Shown here one piece after another: positions 9,077 through 19,739 of a DNA stretch of 64,000 nucleotides; position 1 is the first letter of the stretch; the number at the start of each line of letters is the position of its first letter. The stretch comes from an uncultured candidatus Porisulfidus sp. (GTDB lineage: Bacteria > Pseudomonadota > Gammaproteobacteria > Poriferisulfidales > Poriferisulfidaceae). The notes under the pieces are model-generated. The model saw only the letters and a list, made by a program, of their open reading frames with translations, was not told the origin of the DNA and searched no databases. The position numbers and the translations under genes were made by a program. The stretch covers positions 758,702 to 822,701 of the forward strand of contig OZ220694.1 in NCBI GenBank assembly GCA_965116525.1. Reading direction: 5' to 3'.

Positions 9077-9565
9077 TTATGTTGGAGTCGGGACTTTTGG
9101 CAATGCCCCCCACTCCATCTGTTCCAGCAAGCCTTGCCCGCGTTCGCTCGCGGCATCGATTTCAAGCCGCCGCGCCAACTCCGAATCTCCATGGCTAAGA
9201 TGCAGGCGCACATCCGACCGGGCATCGATTTCTGGCCATCGCTCCGGCCATTCCACCAGCATCACCGCGTTGCCGTCCAGAAGTTCCCGGACTCCCAGCG
9301 CCTCCAGTTCGAGCGGGTCCTGCAGACGATACAGGTCCACGTGCCAGACCTTCATGCCACCTGTCTCATAAGGCTCCACCAAGGTGTAGGTGGGGCTCGG
9401 CACGATTCCGTCGTGACCCAGAGCCCGCAGAAAAGCCCTCACCCAGGTCGTCTTGCCTGCGCCGAGCGGGCCGCGAAGGGCGAATACGCACGGCGCATCC
9501 AGTGCCCGGGCTACCGCGGCGGCATGGGCCTCGGTCTGGTCCTGCGTGTCGAGGTCAAACAGCAT
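9077..9565 (-). CDS. tsaE: tRNA threonylcarbamoyladenosine biosynthesis ATPase TsaE (YjeE)
   Basis: 162-aa protein with a Walker A motif (GPLGAGKTT) and the YjeE family pattern. It sits in the conserved nnr-tsaE-amiB gene order. Confidence 0.85.
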   Translation of the reverse strand: MLFDLDTQDQTEAHAAAVARALDAPCVFALRGPLGAGKTTWVRAFLRALGHDGIVPSPTYTLVEPYETGGMKVWHVDLYRLQDPLELEALGVRELLDGNAVMLVEWPERWPEIDARSDVRLHLSHGDSELARRLEIDAASERGQGLLEQMEWGALPKVPTPT

Positions 9566-11018
9566 CCGACAGTGTCCGCAGATGGGGCAGAAGATCGCTG
9601 GCCATCATGCCGTGCATCCCCTGCTCACGGGCGCGATCGCCTGCCGCTGCATGCAGGCAGGCTCCGGAGAGAGCCGCGGGGCCAAGGGCCTGACCCTGAC
9701 CGATCAGGGAAGCGATGACGCCAGTCAGCACATCGCCCATCCCGGCCGTCGCCATGCCGGGGTTGCCCTCGGCACAGACGCTGATCATTCCATCGGCATC
9801 CGCGACGAGCGTGCCGCACCCCTTGAGGACGACGACCCCTCCGTAGGTTTCCCGGATGCGCCCGACCGCCGAGAACCGGTCCTTCTGGATTTCCGCCGTC
9901 GTCGTGCCGAGCAATGCCGCCGCTTCTCCCGGATGCGGGGTCAGGACCCAATCCCCGGATGAATTCTCACGGGGGTCGGCGGCCAACAGGCGGAGCGCAT
10001 CCGCATCCATCACCCGTGGACCGGGCATCTCAAGGACCGCCCCGAGCATATCCTGCGCCCAGGCATCCTGTCCAAGCCCGGGTCCGACGGCAACGACGGA
10101 AGCCACCCCCGCCAATTCACGGAGAGCCCGCCGGTCCGCCACTGCGTGGCACATCAACTCCGGCACCGGGGAACGCGTCCCCGAAGCACCCGGCGGCTGG
10201 GCGAGGCTGACCAGGCCGCTGCCGCAGCGCAGGGCGGCAATGCCGCACAATTCGGCCGCGCCTTGATAACCGGCTCGCCCGCCGATCACCAGCACATGTC
10301 CGTATTCGTTTTTGTGCGAATTACTCCGACGCCGGGGCAACCCCCGGCGGATCTCCGCCCAATCGCACAATGTCACCGACGAAGCATTGCCAGGCTCCAC
10401 TCTCAGGTCGTCGTAACCCACCCGACCCGCACAATCCGGCCCGTCCGCGGTATACAGGCCGCGCTTGCGCGCGATGAACGTCACCGTGTGATCGGCCCTC
10501 ACGGTATGCGGGTCCGCCACCCCGGTATCCGCATCCAAGCCAGACGGAATGTCCACGGAAACAACCCCCGCATCCGACTGGTTGATGCGGTCTACGGCCT
10601 CCGCCCAGTCACCCTCGACCGGGCGGGACAGGCCGGTGCCCAGCAGCGCGTCCACGACCAGATCCTCGTCGATCGGAGCTGCCTCTGCAAACGATTGCAT
10701 GGGAATCTCGGCACGCTCCGCCTCTCCGTAGGCGGCCTCGGCATCGCCTTTCAGGGACTGCCCCGGAGCCAGTTGCACGATGCGCACGGATTTTCCGAAG
10801 CCCTTCATTCGGCAGGCTACGAGATACCCGTCGCCGGCATTGTTGCCGACCCCGGCATAGATCACGATACGGTCGATCTCCGGATATTCCTTCTGAATCA
10901 GCCGGCAAACTGCCTCTGCGGCACGTGTCATGAGTTCCAGGCCGGGAATGTCCTGGCGTTCAATGGCATCCCGGTCGATTGCGCGGGTTTGCTCCGCCGT
11001 GTACAGCGAACGGGTCAC
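9555..11018 (-). CDS. nnr: Bifunctional NAD(P)H-hydrate repair enzyme Nnr (YjeF; epimerase + ADP-dependent dehydratase)
   Basis: The YjeF_N domain ([13 protein letters not shown]...GVGNNAGDG) and the C-terminal carbohydrate-kinase-like dehydratase domain are both present. The GTG start at 11018 forms a GTGA overlap with the upstream hyuB stop. The 197 Gly/Arg-rich codons further upstream in the ORF are judged non-coding. Confidence 0.8.
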   Translation of the reverse strand: MTRSLYTAEQTRAIDRDAIERQDIPGLELMTRAAEAVCRLIQKEYPEIDRIVIYAGVGNNAGDGYLVACRMKGFGKSVRIVQLAPGQSLKGDAEAAYGEAERAEIPMQSFAEAAPIDEDLVVDALLGTGLSRPVEGDWAEAVDRINQSDAGVVSVDIPSGLDADTGVADPHTVRADHTVTFIARKRGLYTADGPDCAGRVGYDDLRVEPGNASSVTLCDWAEIRRGLPRRRSNSHKNEYGHVLVIGGRAGYQGAAELCGIAALRCGSGLVSLAQPPGASGTRSPVPELMCHAVADRRALRELAGVASVVAVGPGLGQDAWAQDMLGAVLEMPGPRVMDADALRLLAADPRENSSGDWVLTPHPGEAAALLGTTTAEIQKDRFSAVGRIRETYGGVVVLKGCGTLVADADGMISVCAEGNPGMATAGMGDVLTGVIASLIGQGQALGPAALSGACLHAAAGDRAREQGMHGMMASDLLPHLRTLSDAV

Positions 11019-12550
11019 GCCACGGACCCCCAACCGCCCGCTCCCGGCGTCTCGATCACCAGCCGGTCGCCCTCGGCAGCCGAGCGCTGGCATTTTCCGG
11101 GGAGATCCTCTCCATTGAGACGGTTGCGTCCCGCCTGTCCATCCGTGCCTCCGGCAGCGCCCGGCGGCGTTCGGTATCGGCGTTCCGCCAGCAAGCTGAA
11201 CCGAGCCGGAGCGCGGAACTCGTATTCCCGAATCACCCCCTCCCCGCCCGGATGCTGGCCCTGCCCACCGGAACCACGGCGCAGCGCATAGCGACGCACC
11301 TGCATCGGGTACACCTGTTCCACCACTTCCACCGGCGTGTTCAGGGTGTTCGTCATGTGCGAATGGCGGGCCGACAGCCCCGGGCCTCCGGCATGGGCGC
11401 CCATCCCTCCCGCCAAGGTCTCGTAGTAGGCCCAGGATTCCTTTCCGTCCTGGCCCACGGCAAAGTTGTTCATGGTGCCCTGGCTGGCCGCCGGAATACG
11501 TTCCGGGAGAGCCTCCCGCAATGCCGCAAGGACCAGGTCCACCACGCGCATGGAGGTCTCGACGTTCCCAGCCGCCACCGCCGCAGGAGACTGCGCGTTG
11601 AGCAGGCATCCCTCGGGGGCATGCAGTTCAATGGCATCGAAACACCCGGCGCATGCCGGGGTGTAAGCGGGCATCAGGCAGCGGAATGCGTAATAGACGC
11701 CCGCGGCCGTCACCGAGATCGGGCAGTTGATCGGGCCTTCCACCTGCGCGTCGGTGCCCTCGAAATCGACCCGGACCCGGCCGTCCTGCACCTGGAGGCG
11801 GACCTGCAGGCAAACATCTTCGTGACCCAAACCGTCGTCCTCCATCATTTCGGCCGCCTCGTAGGTCCCGTCCGAAATAGCCTTCAGGGCATTGCGTGCA
11901 ATGGTTCGCCCGTAATCGTTCAGCGCGCTCAAGGCCCGAGCATAAGCCTCCGCCCCCCTTTCCTCAACCTGCTCCCGCAGGCGCGTGCAACCCAGGTCAT
12001 TGACATGCACCTGCGCCAAGAGGTCTCCGCGCATGTCCCGCGGCGCCCGGGTGGCACTTACGATGGCCTCGATTCTCGACTCGTCCAGCCGACCGCCCTG
12101 GCAGATCCGCTGCGGCGGCAGGATCAGGCCTTCCTCCTCCAGCCGGCGCGAGATCGGCATGGAACCCGGCGATTCGGCGCCCACGTCCGCATGATGTGCC
12201 CGGTTCACCGCAAAGCCCTGAAGCTCGCCGCCCAGGAAGCACGGAGTGACCACGGTGATGTCGGGCAGGTGAGTCCCCCCGAGGAACGGATCGTTGAGCA
12301 GGATGGCGTCGCCATCACTCCAATCGAATTGATCCACCAGGTCCTGCATGGCATACGCCATGCTGCCCAGATGCACCGGAATGTGTGCCGCCTGCGCAAC
12401 CAACCGTCCGACACGATCGAAAATCGCGCAGGAGAAATCCAGGCGATCCCGAATGTTGGGCGAGAACGCGGAACGGCGCAGGGTTGCGCCCATCTCTTCG
12501 CACAACGCTTCCATGCGGCTTGAAAATACGGCAAGTTCTACAGGATCCAT
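11015..12550 (-). CDS. Hydantoinase B / oxoprolinase (HyuB) family protein
   Basis: 511-aa protein. The N-terminus [21 protein letters not shown] and overall length match the HyuB/OplaH_B family. No hyuA partner was found in the window. Confidence 0.7.
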   Translation of the reverse strand: MDPVELAVFSSRMEALCEEMGATLRRSAFSPNIRDRLDFSCAIFDRVGRLVAQAAHIPVHLGSMAYAMQDLVDQFDWSDGDAILLNDPFLGGTHLPDITVVTPCFLGGELQGFAVNRAHHADVGAESPGSMPISRRLEEEGLILPPQRICQGGRLDESRIEAIVSATRAPRDMRGDLLAQVHVNDLGCTRLREQVEERGAEAYARALSALNDYGRTIARNALKAISDGTYEAAEMMEDDGLGHEDVCLQVRLQVQDGRVRVDFEGTDAQVEGPINCPISVTAAGVYYAFRCLMPAYTPACAGCFDAIELHAPEGCLLNAQSPAAVAAGNVETSMRVVDLVLAALREALPERIPAASQGTMNNFAVGQDGKESWAYYETLAGGMGAHAGGPGLSARHSHMTNTLNTPVEVVEQVYPMQVRRYALRRGSGGQGQHPGGEGVIREYEFRAPARFSLLAERRYRTPPGAAGGTDGQAGRNRLNGEDLPGKCQRSAAEGDRLVIETPGAGGWGSVA

Positions 12551-12691
12551 CTAGTTGCACCGGAATGAACTGCGGGCAGTTTAACAAACCGGGAGCACGC
12601 AGGCAGGAGGAAAACACGGCTCCGGGCGGATCAGCCGCGATGCCTGATTTGATACAATCCGCCTGATAGTGATGTCGCAGGAGACCTCCCA

Positions 12692-13279
12692 ATGAAAAAC
12701 CCCTTGACCTCCGTCAACGGCACCCTGATTTCCGGGTTGATCCTGGCGATCGTCCTGGGCTGGCTGGTCGACATGAAGTTCGCCATCAATCTGCCTTCGC
12801 TGATTGTCTGGACGCATGTCTTCGTCGGCATCATATGGATCGGGTTGCTGTACTACTTCAACTTCGTCCAGATCCCTGCGGTGGCCGAGGCGGCCGCAGA
12901 CACCGATGGCCCGGGACCTGCGGCCATCAACAAGTACATCGCGCCGCGGGCACTGTTGTGGTTCCGCTGGGCTGCGTTGCTGACCTGGTTGACCGGCGCG
13001 GCCGCGCTGGAGACCATGGGCATCGGTTTCGTCAACGCCTTTTCGCTCGCCAGTCCGAACATCGGCATCGGCGTGTGGCTTGGTACTATAATGTTGCTCA
13101 ACGTCTGGGGACTGATCTGGCCCAACCAGAAGAAAGTCCTCGGTATGGTCGAGGCCACCGACGAGGAGAAAGCGAAAGCCAAAAAAGTTGCCATGCTGGC
13201 ATCACGGACCAACACGTTACTGTCGATTCCCATGTTGATGTCGATGGTAGCATTCGGCCACGGGGGGCTGGCTTTCTAG
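12692..13279 (+). CDS. Integral membrane protein (HemJ/PuuD-like fold, function unknown)
   Basis: 195-aa protein with four predicted transmembrane helices. The conserved aromatic-rich helix (WTHVFVGIIWIGLLYYFNF) is reminiscent of the HemJ/PuuD membrane domain superfamily. Confidence 0.45.
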   Translation: MKNPLTSVNGTLISGLILAIVLGWLVDMKFAINLPSLIVWTHVFVGIIWIGLLYYFNFVQIPAVAEAAADTDGPGPAAINKYIAPRALLWFRWAALLTWLTGAAALETMGIGFVNAFSLASPNIGIGVWLGTIMLLNVWGLIWPNQKKVLGMVEATDEEKAKAKKVAMLASRTNTLLSIPMLMSMVAFGHGGLAF

Positions 13280-13302
13280 TACCTCGCACCACCCCCTGTT
13301 GA

Positions 13303-13334
13303 GGGCAAGGCGGCAGCTTCGAGCTGCCGTTTTG
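13303..13334 (+). terminator. Rho-independent terminator-like hairpin (GGCAAGGCGGCAGC-TTCGA-GCTGCCGTTTTGCC)
   Basis: A GC-rich stem of about 12 bp with a 5-nt loop is followed by a TTTTG tract. It lies between the membrane-protein gene and argD. Confidence 0.45.
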
Positions 13335-13345
13335 CCTTAAAGTTC

Positions 13346-14536
13346 ATGTCTGACACCGATTCCGCCCTTCTTCCCACCTACGCCCGGCTCCCGGTACGCT
13401 TCGTGCGCGGGCAGGGGTGCCGGCTGTGGGATGAAAACGGCGACGAATACCTCGATTCGGTCGCAGGGCTCGCTGTCTGCGCGCTGGGGCATTGCCATCC
13501 CGGCGTGACCACCGCCCTGCGCGAACAGGCGGGCACCCTGATCCATACCTCCAACCTTTATCAAGTCGGAGCTCAGGAGGCCCTGGCCCGCCGGTTGACC
13601 GAAGCCTCCGGCATGGAACGTGCCTTCTTCTGCAATTCCGGCGCGGAAGCGAACGAGTGCGCGTTGAAGATCGCGCGGCTGCACGGCGCCCGGAAAAACA
13701 TCGCATCCCCGGAAGTCCTGGTGGTCGAGGGCGCATTCCACGGACGCACCCTGATGGCGCTGAGCGCCTCCTCCGGCGCCCGGGTCCGCGAGGGATTCTC
13801 CCCTTACGCCGAAGGTTTCGTGCGGGTCGGCTTCAACGACCTGTCCATGATGCAGGCCGCCCTGGCCCAGCATCCAAACGTGGTGGCGGTGCTGATCGAG
13901 CCCATCCAAGGCGAGGGAGGCGTCCGCCCGGTAGACGACGACTATCTGGTCGGTTTGCGCAAGTTGTGCGATGCGCACGACGTGCTGCTGATCCTGGACG
14001 AGGTGCAGACCGGAATGGGTCGGACCGGACGGCTGTTCGCCTACCAGCACACCGACATCCTCCCGGATGCCGTGACGCTTGCCAAGGCACTTGGCAATGG
14101 CTATCCTATTGGCGCCTGCCTGACACGGGGAGCCGCAGCGACCGCCATGACGGCCGGACAGCACGGCACAACGTTCGGAGGCAGCCATCTGGCCTGCCAG
14201 GTGGGACTTTCGGTGCTTGACGCCCTGGAAAAAGAACAACTACTGGAACGCGCAGAACAACTGGGGAACACCCTGATGGAACGCTTCCACGCCGCGCTGG
14301 CGGACCTGCCCGGCATCGAATCCATCCGGGGCCGGGGCCTGATGATCGGCATCGAGCTGGGCGAGCCCGCCCCCGACCTGGTCATGCGGGCACTGCAGGC
14401 ACGCCTGCTGATCAACGTGACCCAGGAGCGGGTAGTGCGGCTCCTGCCTCCCCTGGTGATGAGCGACGAGGAAGCCGACCTGCTATGCGAACGCCTGATT
14501 CCCATCTTGGCGGAGGCCGCAGGAGGCACGGCATGA
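13346..14536 (+). CDS. argD: Acetylornithine/succinylornithine aminotransferase (class III PLP aminotransferase)
   Basis: 396-aa protein. The class-III aminotransferase signature ([20 protein letters not shown]-lysine region) and length match ArgD. It is directly followed by argF with an ATGA overlap. Confidence 0.85.
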   Translation: MSDTDSALLPTYARLPVRFVRGQGCRLWDENGDEYLDSVAGLAVCALGHCHPGVTTALREQAGTLIHTSNLYQVGAQEALARRLTEASGMERAFFCNSGAEANECALKIARLHGARKNIASPEVLVVEGAFHGRTLMALSASSGARVREGFSPYAEGFVRVGFNDLSMMQAALAQHPNVVAVLIEPIQGEGGVRPVDDDYLVGLRKLCDAHDVLLILDEVQTGMGRTGRLFAYQHTDILPDAVTLAKALGNGYPIGACLTRGAAATAMTAGQHGTTFGGSHLACQVGLSVLDALEKEQLLERAEQLGNTLMERFHAALADLPGIESIRGRGLMIGIELGEPAPDLVMRALQARLLINVTQERVVRLLPPLVMSDEEADLLCERLIPILAEAAGGTA

Positions 14537-15435
14537 GCGCACAACACTTCCTGAGCCTGATGGACCTGAGCCCGGCGACGCTCGACAGCATTCTTGAACG
14601 GGCGGTGGAACTCAAGGAGATGCGCCAGAGCGGGACCGACTGGGGGCTGCTGGCCGGCAAGACCCTGGCCATGGTGTTCGACAAGAGTTCGACCCGGACC
14701 CGGGTGTCGTTCGAAGCGGGCATGGCCCAGCTCGGCGGCAGCGCGCTGTTCCTGTCCCCGACTGCCACGCAGCAAGGCCGTGGAGAGCCCACCGAAGATG
14801 CGGCACGGGTGTTGTCCTCTATGGTCGACGCGATCATGGTGCGCACGTACGCGCACGAAACCCTGGAGAGTTACGCCCAAGCCTCGTCCGTGCCGGTGAT
14901 CAATGGCCTGACCGACCGGCTGCACCCCTGCCAGCTCCTGGCCGACCTGCTGACGTGGCGGGAGCTGCGCGGCGACATTCGAGGCGCCCAGGTCGCGTTC
15001 GTGGGCGACGGCAACAACATGTGCCGCTCGTACGTCAATGCGGCCCGGCAATTCGACTTTTCCTTGCGCATCGCCACCCCGGCCGGCTACACGCCCGGCG
15101 AGGAGTGGTTGAACTGTGCCCCGGACCGGGTTCAGTGGCATGAAGACCCGGGTGCTGCCGTGACCGACGCCCAGCTGGTCGTCACCGACGTCTGGGCCAG
15201 CATGGGCCAGGAAGACGAACACTCTGACCGATGTCAGGCATTTGAGCCTTATCAAGTCAATGCCGAACTGATGGCCCGGGCCGCCCCGGATGCCCTGTTC
15301 ATGCACTGCCTCCCGGCCCACCGTGGCGAGGAAGTGACGGCCGAGGTCATCGACGGACCTCAAAGCGTGGTGTGGCAGGAAGCGGAAAACCGGTTGCACG
15401 CGCAGAAGGCACTGCTGGAGTTTCTCCTGACCTGA
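14533..15435 (+). CDS. argF: Ornithine carbamoyltransferase
   Basis: The carbamoyl-phosphate binding motif STRTR and the ornithine-binding HCLP motif are present. The start at 14533 overlaps the argD stop. Confidence 0.85.
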   Translation: MSAQHFLSLMDLSPATLDSILERAVELKEMRQSGTDWGLLAGKTLAMVFDKSSTRTRVSFEAGMAQLGGSALFLSPTATQQGRGEPTEDAARVLSSMVDAIMVRTYAHETLESYAQASSVPVINGLTDRLHPCQLLADLLTWRELRGDIRGAQVAFVGDGNNMCRSYVNAARQFDFSLRIATPAGYTPGEEWLNCAPDRVQWHEDPGAAVTDAQLVVTDVWASMGQEDEHSDRCQAFEPYQVNAELMARAAPDALFMHCLPAHRGEEVTAEVIDGPQSVVWQEAENRLHAQKALLEFLLT

Positions 15436-15509
15436 TTCCCGGGGCGGATCTGCGCCCCTGACCATTCCAGCTGGGTAGTAACGAAAGGTCAGCCAAAACC
15501 GCACTCAAA

Positions 15510-18500
15510 TTGCGGAAAACTGGAGTTGGGTCTATCATAGGAAACCCAGACGCAAGCGCGAGGTGCCCAGTGGCGAAGAGTCTAGCCAAACACCGAGTCT
15601 ATACTCGCTTATCCCTTTTTGATCTCCCTTCAGGCCGGGCACTGCGCCGGTCTGTGCCTCTCGGGATGGTTGCAGGGTTTTTGCTCTGTACGGCATCCGC
15701 CCCAGTGCATGCCGAAGAACATGAAGAGAACAGCGGGACGGAAGAGATTACTGTCACGGGCAGTTTCATCAAGCAGGACGCCAATGACGCCTCCATGCAG
15801 GTGGTCACGATGGACCGGGGCATGCTGGAACTCCAGGGTTCACCCTCCATGGTCGATCTGTTCAAGAACCTGAGTGCAAGCCACGGCATCCTCGGCGAGA
15901 ACAGCAGCTGGTACGGCACCGGCCAGAACCTGGCCGAATCGGTCTCCAATGTGAACCTTCGCGGGCTGGGCGCTTCGCGCACGCTGGTGCTGATCAATGG
16001 TCGCCGACAGGTCTACGTCCCGGCGCGCTTGGTGAGCGGCCGCTTCGTGGACGTGAACGCGATCCCCCAGGTGGCGATCGAACGCATCGACGTCCTGAAG
16101 GAAGGTGCGGCGGCGATCTACGGCTCGGACGCGATGGGCGGCGTGGTCAACTTCCATACGCGCAAGGATTTCGATGGTTTCGAGTTGAGCGCCTCGCATG
16201 ATTCCTTCGAGAATGCGGGCGACAGCACGGTTGCGGGCATCTGGGGTGTCGGCGTCGGTGAAAACGCGCACCTGGTGGTTGCAGCGGAACACTACCGGCG
16301 GCAGGAATTGCAGGCCGGGGAACGCGAGTGGGGGTTGCGGGAGTTCGACGGCCTGCTCAACGGCTGGTCCAGCGTGGGCAACCCGGGTACCTACTATCAG
16401 ATGTCTGACGATCAGACGCGCGTTGCTGACGGACCCACGATAAACGATCCCCGCTGCGAGGAATTCGGCGGATACGCGGAAACCTGGACCTGCCGGTTCC
16501 GCTACAGCCAGTTCGACAATCTGATCGAAAAGCAGGATCACACCCGGGTCTTCGCGGAGCTCAACGGCGAGTTCGAGACCGGCATGGTGTATCACTTCGA
16601 GGCAATGTACTCCGAGGCGGAAATCCCTGAATGGCGCAACACGCCGTCTTACCCGCCAGCCGCCTGGGCGAACATCGATGAGGTCAACTTCATTGCATCA
16701 GGCCATCCCGCTTTCGAGAGCCTTCGCACACTCTTCGATGACGACACGGCTGAAGGTTTCGGCTTCAGGGGCCGGACGGTCGGGCATTCCGGCCCCGCGC
16801 GGTTTTTGAAGCGGGAATCGGAGACTTGGCGCCTGTCGGCGTCGGTCAACGACGAGATCAGCCTTTTCGGAGAGAACCTCTACGAATATGATGTGGGCTT
16901 CTCCTATTCGCATTCCGAAGGCACCGTGGGCCAGCCCGCGGAATACATCACCCGGCGCTTTCTCGCGTACCGCGGCTTCGGCGGCCCGAACTGCGGCGTG
17001 GAAGCACTGCCGGACCGCACAAAGAAGGCTGGCCTAAGACTCCCCGATGACCCCGGCAAGGAACCCGGAGTCGGCGACTGCATGTACTACAACCCTTACA
17101 GTCACGCGCTGCAGTACTCCGAACAGCCCGGGGCTGAGTTCGTCACGCGTCCCAATCCCGACTACGACGAGACGCGGACCAACAGCCGGGAGTTGCTCGA
17201 CTGGATGGTCGGCAGCGAGGTGTCCTTGGACAGCGAGGCAGACCTGTACGTGTTCGACCTTACCCTGACCGGGGATGTGGGCGAGGATATGGGCAGTTTT
17301 GCCGCTGGCTACCAGTTTCGTCGCTTTGAGGCCGAAGCAACCCCGAACCGGGTCGGCAACCTCAGTATCAACCCGTGCCGGGTGAACAAGGATCAGGCCC
17401 CCAGCGCGTCGGACGAGGAGCTTGACTGCGCCGAACAGAACAAGAACCTAGACGATGAAGGCGAGCCCAGCACCACTCCAATCGCATTCACGGATGGACA
17501 GATTGGCGCGTTCGGCTTCACCGTTGGAAACCACCCCTATTCCACGCACCAGACGACCCATTCGTTCTTCGGCGAATGGGCCTACGACCTCAGCGACACG
17601 ATGAGCACGCAGCTTGCCGTCCACTACGAGGAACACGACGAGTCCAGCACGTTCGACCCGAAAGCCGCGCTGCTCTGGGATGTATCAGATTCGGTCACCC
17701 TGCGCGGGTCGGTGCAGACGACCTTCCGCGCCCCCTCGGTGGACGACCTGAACGAAGATCCCTTCTACAGGCAGGAATGGGTCGACGGCGCCTACAAACC
17801 GATCGAGGTACGTGGCAGCAAGGGTCTTGACCCCGAAGAAGCGCTGACGTACAACATCGGCATGTTCGCGGAGTTCGGCAGCGGGGTGGAGGTGACGCTG
17901 GACTACTGGAAATACATCTTCGACGACCCCATCACGGCGACTCCTCATGGCTCCATTCTCAGCACCTACGAGAACAACTGGTATGAGGAAGGGGCTTTCA
18001 ACGGCACCGCAACTGCTTCACCAGTGGACGACCTCATCGTCTGTGCCGCCGGGACCGGGCACACCGCCCAGAACATCTGCCAGGTCGAGGCGATCCGCAC
18101 GCGAATGATCAACGGTCCGACCATCCGCACGTCCGGGCTGGATTTCAATGTGGGCGGCCGTCACGACTCACAGGAGGGCGTCTTCTCATGGGGGCTGGGC
18201 GGCACCTACCTTCTGGAGTATGACGTCGACGCCCTGAATTTCAGGGGGATCCAGCTGAGGGACGAGATCGAAGCGGCCGGCTACTACAACGATCCCAGCG
18301 ACTTCGACATCCCACCGTTGCCGCGGCTGAAAGGGCACGGCTTCACCAGTTACTCCTCGGGCGATTGGACTACCAGCCTCTACATGAACTACATCTCCGC
18401 CTACGACGACAGAAGGTCGGGTAGCCTTTACCCGGACATCGACAGTTTCGTCACCTTGGACATCGGTTTGCGCTGGAAACCACCGGCCGGGAACACGACG

Positions 18501-18635
18501 CTGACGCTCACGGTTCACAACATCGCAGACGAGGACCCGCCGCAGGTGGACTGGGAGGCGGCACACGACAACCTGACCCATGACGTCAAGGGTCGCCGGT
18601 TCAAACTGGGCTTCAAATACAGTTTCGGCGGCTGA
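15510..18635 (+). CDS. Large TonB-dependent outer-membrane receptor (about 990-1040 aa; true start uncertain, possibly near 15666)
   Basis: Signal-like segment MVAGFLLCTASAPVHA, then a plug domain (ITVTGSF...RGLGASRTLVLINGRR...IERIDVLKEGAAAIYGSDAMGGVVNFHT), then a long beta-barrel. Confidence 0.75.
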   Translation: MRKTGVGSIIGNPDASARCPVAKSLAKHRVYTRLSLFDLPSGRALRRSVPLGMVAGFLLCTASAPVHAEEHEENSGTEEITVTGSFIKQDANDASMQVVTMDRGMLELQGSPSMVDLFKNLSASHGILGENSSWYGTGQNLAESVSNVNLRGLGASRTLVLINGRRQVYVPARLVSGRFVDVNAIPQVAIERIDVLKEGAAAIYGSDAMGGVVNFHTRKDFDGFELSASHDSFENAGDSTVAGIWGVGVGENAHLVVAAEHYRRQELQAGEREWGLREFDGLLNGWSSVGNPGTYYQMSDDQTRVADGPTINDPRCEEFGGYAETWTCRFRYSQFDNLIEKQDHTRVFAELNGEFETGMVYHFEAMYSEAEIPEWRNTPSYPPAAWANIDEVNFIASGHPAFESLRTLFDDDTAEGFGFRGRTVGHSGPARFLKRESETWRLSASVNDEISLFGENLYEYDVGFSYSHSEGTVGQPAEYITRRFLAYRGFGGPNCGVEALPDRTKKAGLRLPDDPGKEPGVGDCMYYNPYSHALQYSEQPGAEFVTRPNPDYDETRTNSRELLDWMVGSEVSLDSEADLYVFDLTLTGDVGEDMGSFAAGYQFRRFEAEATPNRVGNLSINPCRVNKDQAPSASDEELDCAEQNKNLDDEGEPSTTPIAFTDGQIGAFGFTVGNHPYSTHQTTHSFFGEWAYDLSDTMSTQLAVHYEEHDESSTFDPKAALLWDVSDSVTLRGSVQTTFRAPSVDDLNEDPFYRQEWVDGAYKPIEVRGSKGLDPEEALTYNIGMFAEFGSGVEVTLDYWKYIFDDPITATPHGSILSTYENNWYEEGAFNGTATASPVDDLIVCAAGTGHTAQNICQVEAIRTRMINGPTIRTSGLDFNVGGRHDSQEGVFSWGLGGTYLLEYDVDALNFRGIQLRDEIEAAGYYNDPSDFDIPPLPRLKGHGFTSYSSGDWTTSLYMNYISAYDDRRSGSLYPDIDSFVTLDIGLRWKPPAGNTTLTLTVHNIADEDPPQVDWEAAHDNLTHDVKGRRFKLGFKYSFGG

Positions 18636-18711
18636 TGCAGGGGGCTTCGCCCTGCCCTGATCGGGGCTTGCGCGGAAGGGTTGACGGACTCGGGGCAGTC
18701 GGAGACCAAAG

Positions 18712-18850
18712 TCAGCCAGCCCACGTTTCTCGGGCACCGGCATCGGTCATGGACTTCATGGCTTTGATCCGGTAGCGCGTGCTGCGGCCACCGCCGGGCA
18801 GTTTTTCGATACAACCCTTGGTCAGCAAGTCGGCCAAGTGCCGCAAGCAA
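18712..18850 (-). pseudogene. Remnant of a winged-HTH C-terminus (Fic-family or AAA-4/HTH-like); no start codon
   Basis: Minus-strand translation gives ...RHLADLLTKGCIEKLPGGGRSTRYRIKAMKSMT*. This carries the G(K/G)GRSTRY wHTH signature. An in-frame stop lies immediately upstream and there is no start, so it is taken as a decayed gene fragment. Confidence 0.3.
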
Positions 18851-18991
18851 GCCGATATGAGCCGTTTAGTTCAGGAAGTGGAGCGCTGCGAGAAAAGCCT
18901 GAGAGATCAAGCGGAGCGCATCTCAAGCAGGGCGTGTTGCCGGACCCAGTCGTCTTAATCGCTGTCCCGTCAGGTTATTCCAGTCCTCTGG

Positions 18992-19720
18992 TCAGACCTG
19001 CGCGTCCGCCAGTTCCTGTTCCACCTGCTCGATCGAGATGTGGCGCAGGTCCTTGCCAAGGACCTGGTACAGCACGTGCTCGCAAATGTTGGCGGCATGG
19101 TCGCCAATACGCTCCAACGCTTTCGCGCACCACAGGACCTCCAGCACCAAGCGAATGGTATGCGGGTCCTCCATCATGAACGTGATCATCTGGCGCATCC
19201 CGGCTTCGTATTCCTCATCGACCTCGAGATCCTCCTTGAGAACTTCCAGCGCCAGGTCCGTGTCCAGACGGGCGAAAGCATCAAGCGCTTTATGCAACAT
19301 GGCCAGGACATGGCGGCCGATGTGCTTCACGGCACGCAGGTGGCGCTTGCGGACCGACTGGTAATCCAGATGGGCCGTCAGCCGCGCGATCTTCTCCGCC
19401 TCGTCCCCGACCCGCTCCAGATCCGTGGTGGCCTTGATTACCGCGATGACCGTGCGCAGGTCCATGGCGACCGGATGCCGCAAGGCTAAAATTTCACTGC
19501 ATTCCTCGTCGATTTTGACTTCCAACGCATTGACTTTGAAATCCGCACGGGCGATTTTCTTCGCCAGCTTCTGATCCCCTTCGAGGAACGCCTGAATCGC
19601 GGACTCGACATGCTGCTCCGCCAGCCCGCCCATCTCCAGGGCATGACCCCGCACGTTCTTCAGAAACCGTGCAAACTCGCTGGATGTGTGCTGGATTACG
19701 TCTTGCGCTTCCATCGCCAT
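18992..19720 (-). CDS. phoU: Phosphate signalling complex protein PhoU
   Basis: 242-aa protein with two PhoU repeats carrying the conserved E/D-xxxD motifs. Length is typical. Confidence 0.9.
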   Translation of the reverse strand: MAMEAQDVIQHTSSEFARFLKNVRGHALEMGGLAEQHVESAIQAFLEGDQKLAKKIARADFKVNALEVKIDEECSEILALRHPVAMDLRTVIAVIKATTDLERVGDEAEKIARLTAHLDYQSVRKRHLRAVKHIGRHVLAMLHKALDAFARLDTDLALEVLKEDLEVDEEYEAGMRQMITFMMEDPHTIRLVLEVLWCAKALERIGDHAANICEHVLYQVLGKDLRHISIEQVEQELADAQV

Positions 19721-19739
19721 CTCTCCCTCTCCGGTCGTA

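Noticed and set aside
11019-11609. 197-codon N-terminal extension of the nnr ORF (Gly/Arg-rich)
   Set aside because: Low-complexity translation with no YjeF homology. It overlaps the well-supported hyuB gene. The GTG at 11018 gives a canonical GTGA overlap and normal Nnr length.
15441-15458. GGGGCG-GATCTG-CGCCCC hairpin after argF as an intrinsic terminator
   Set aside because: It has a strong stem but no downstream U-tract. It could equally be part of the receptor gene leader structure.
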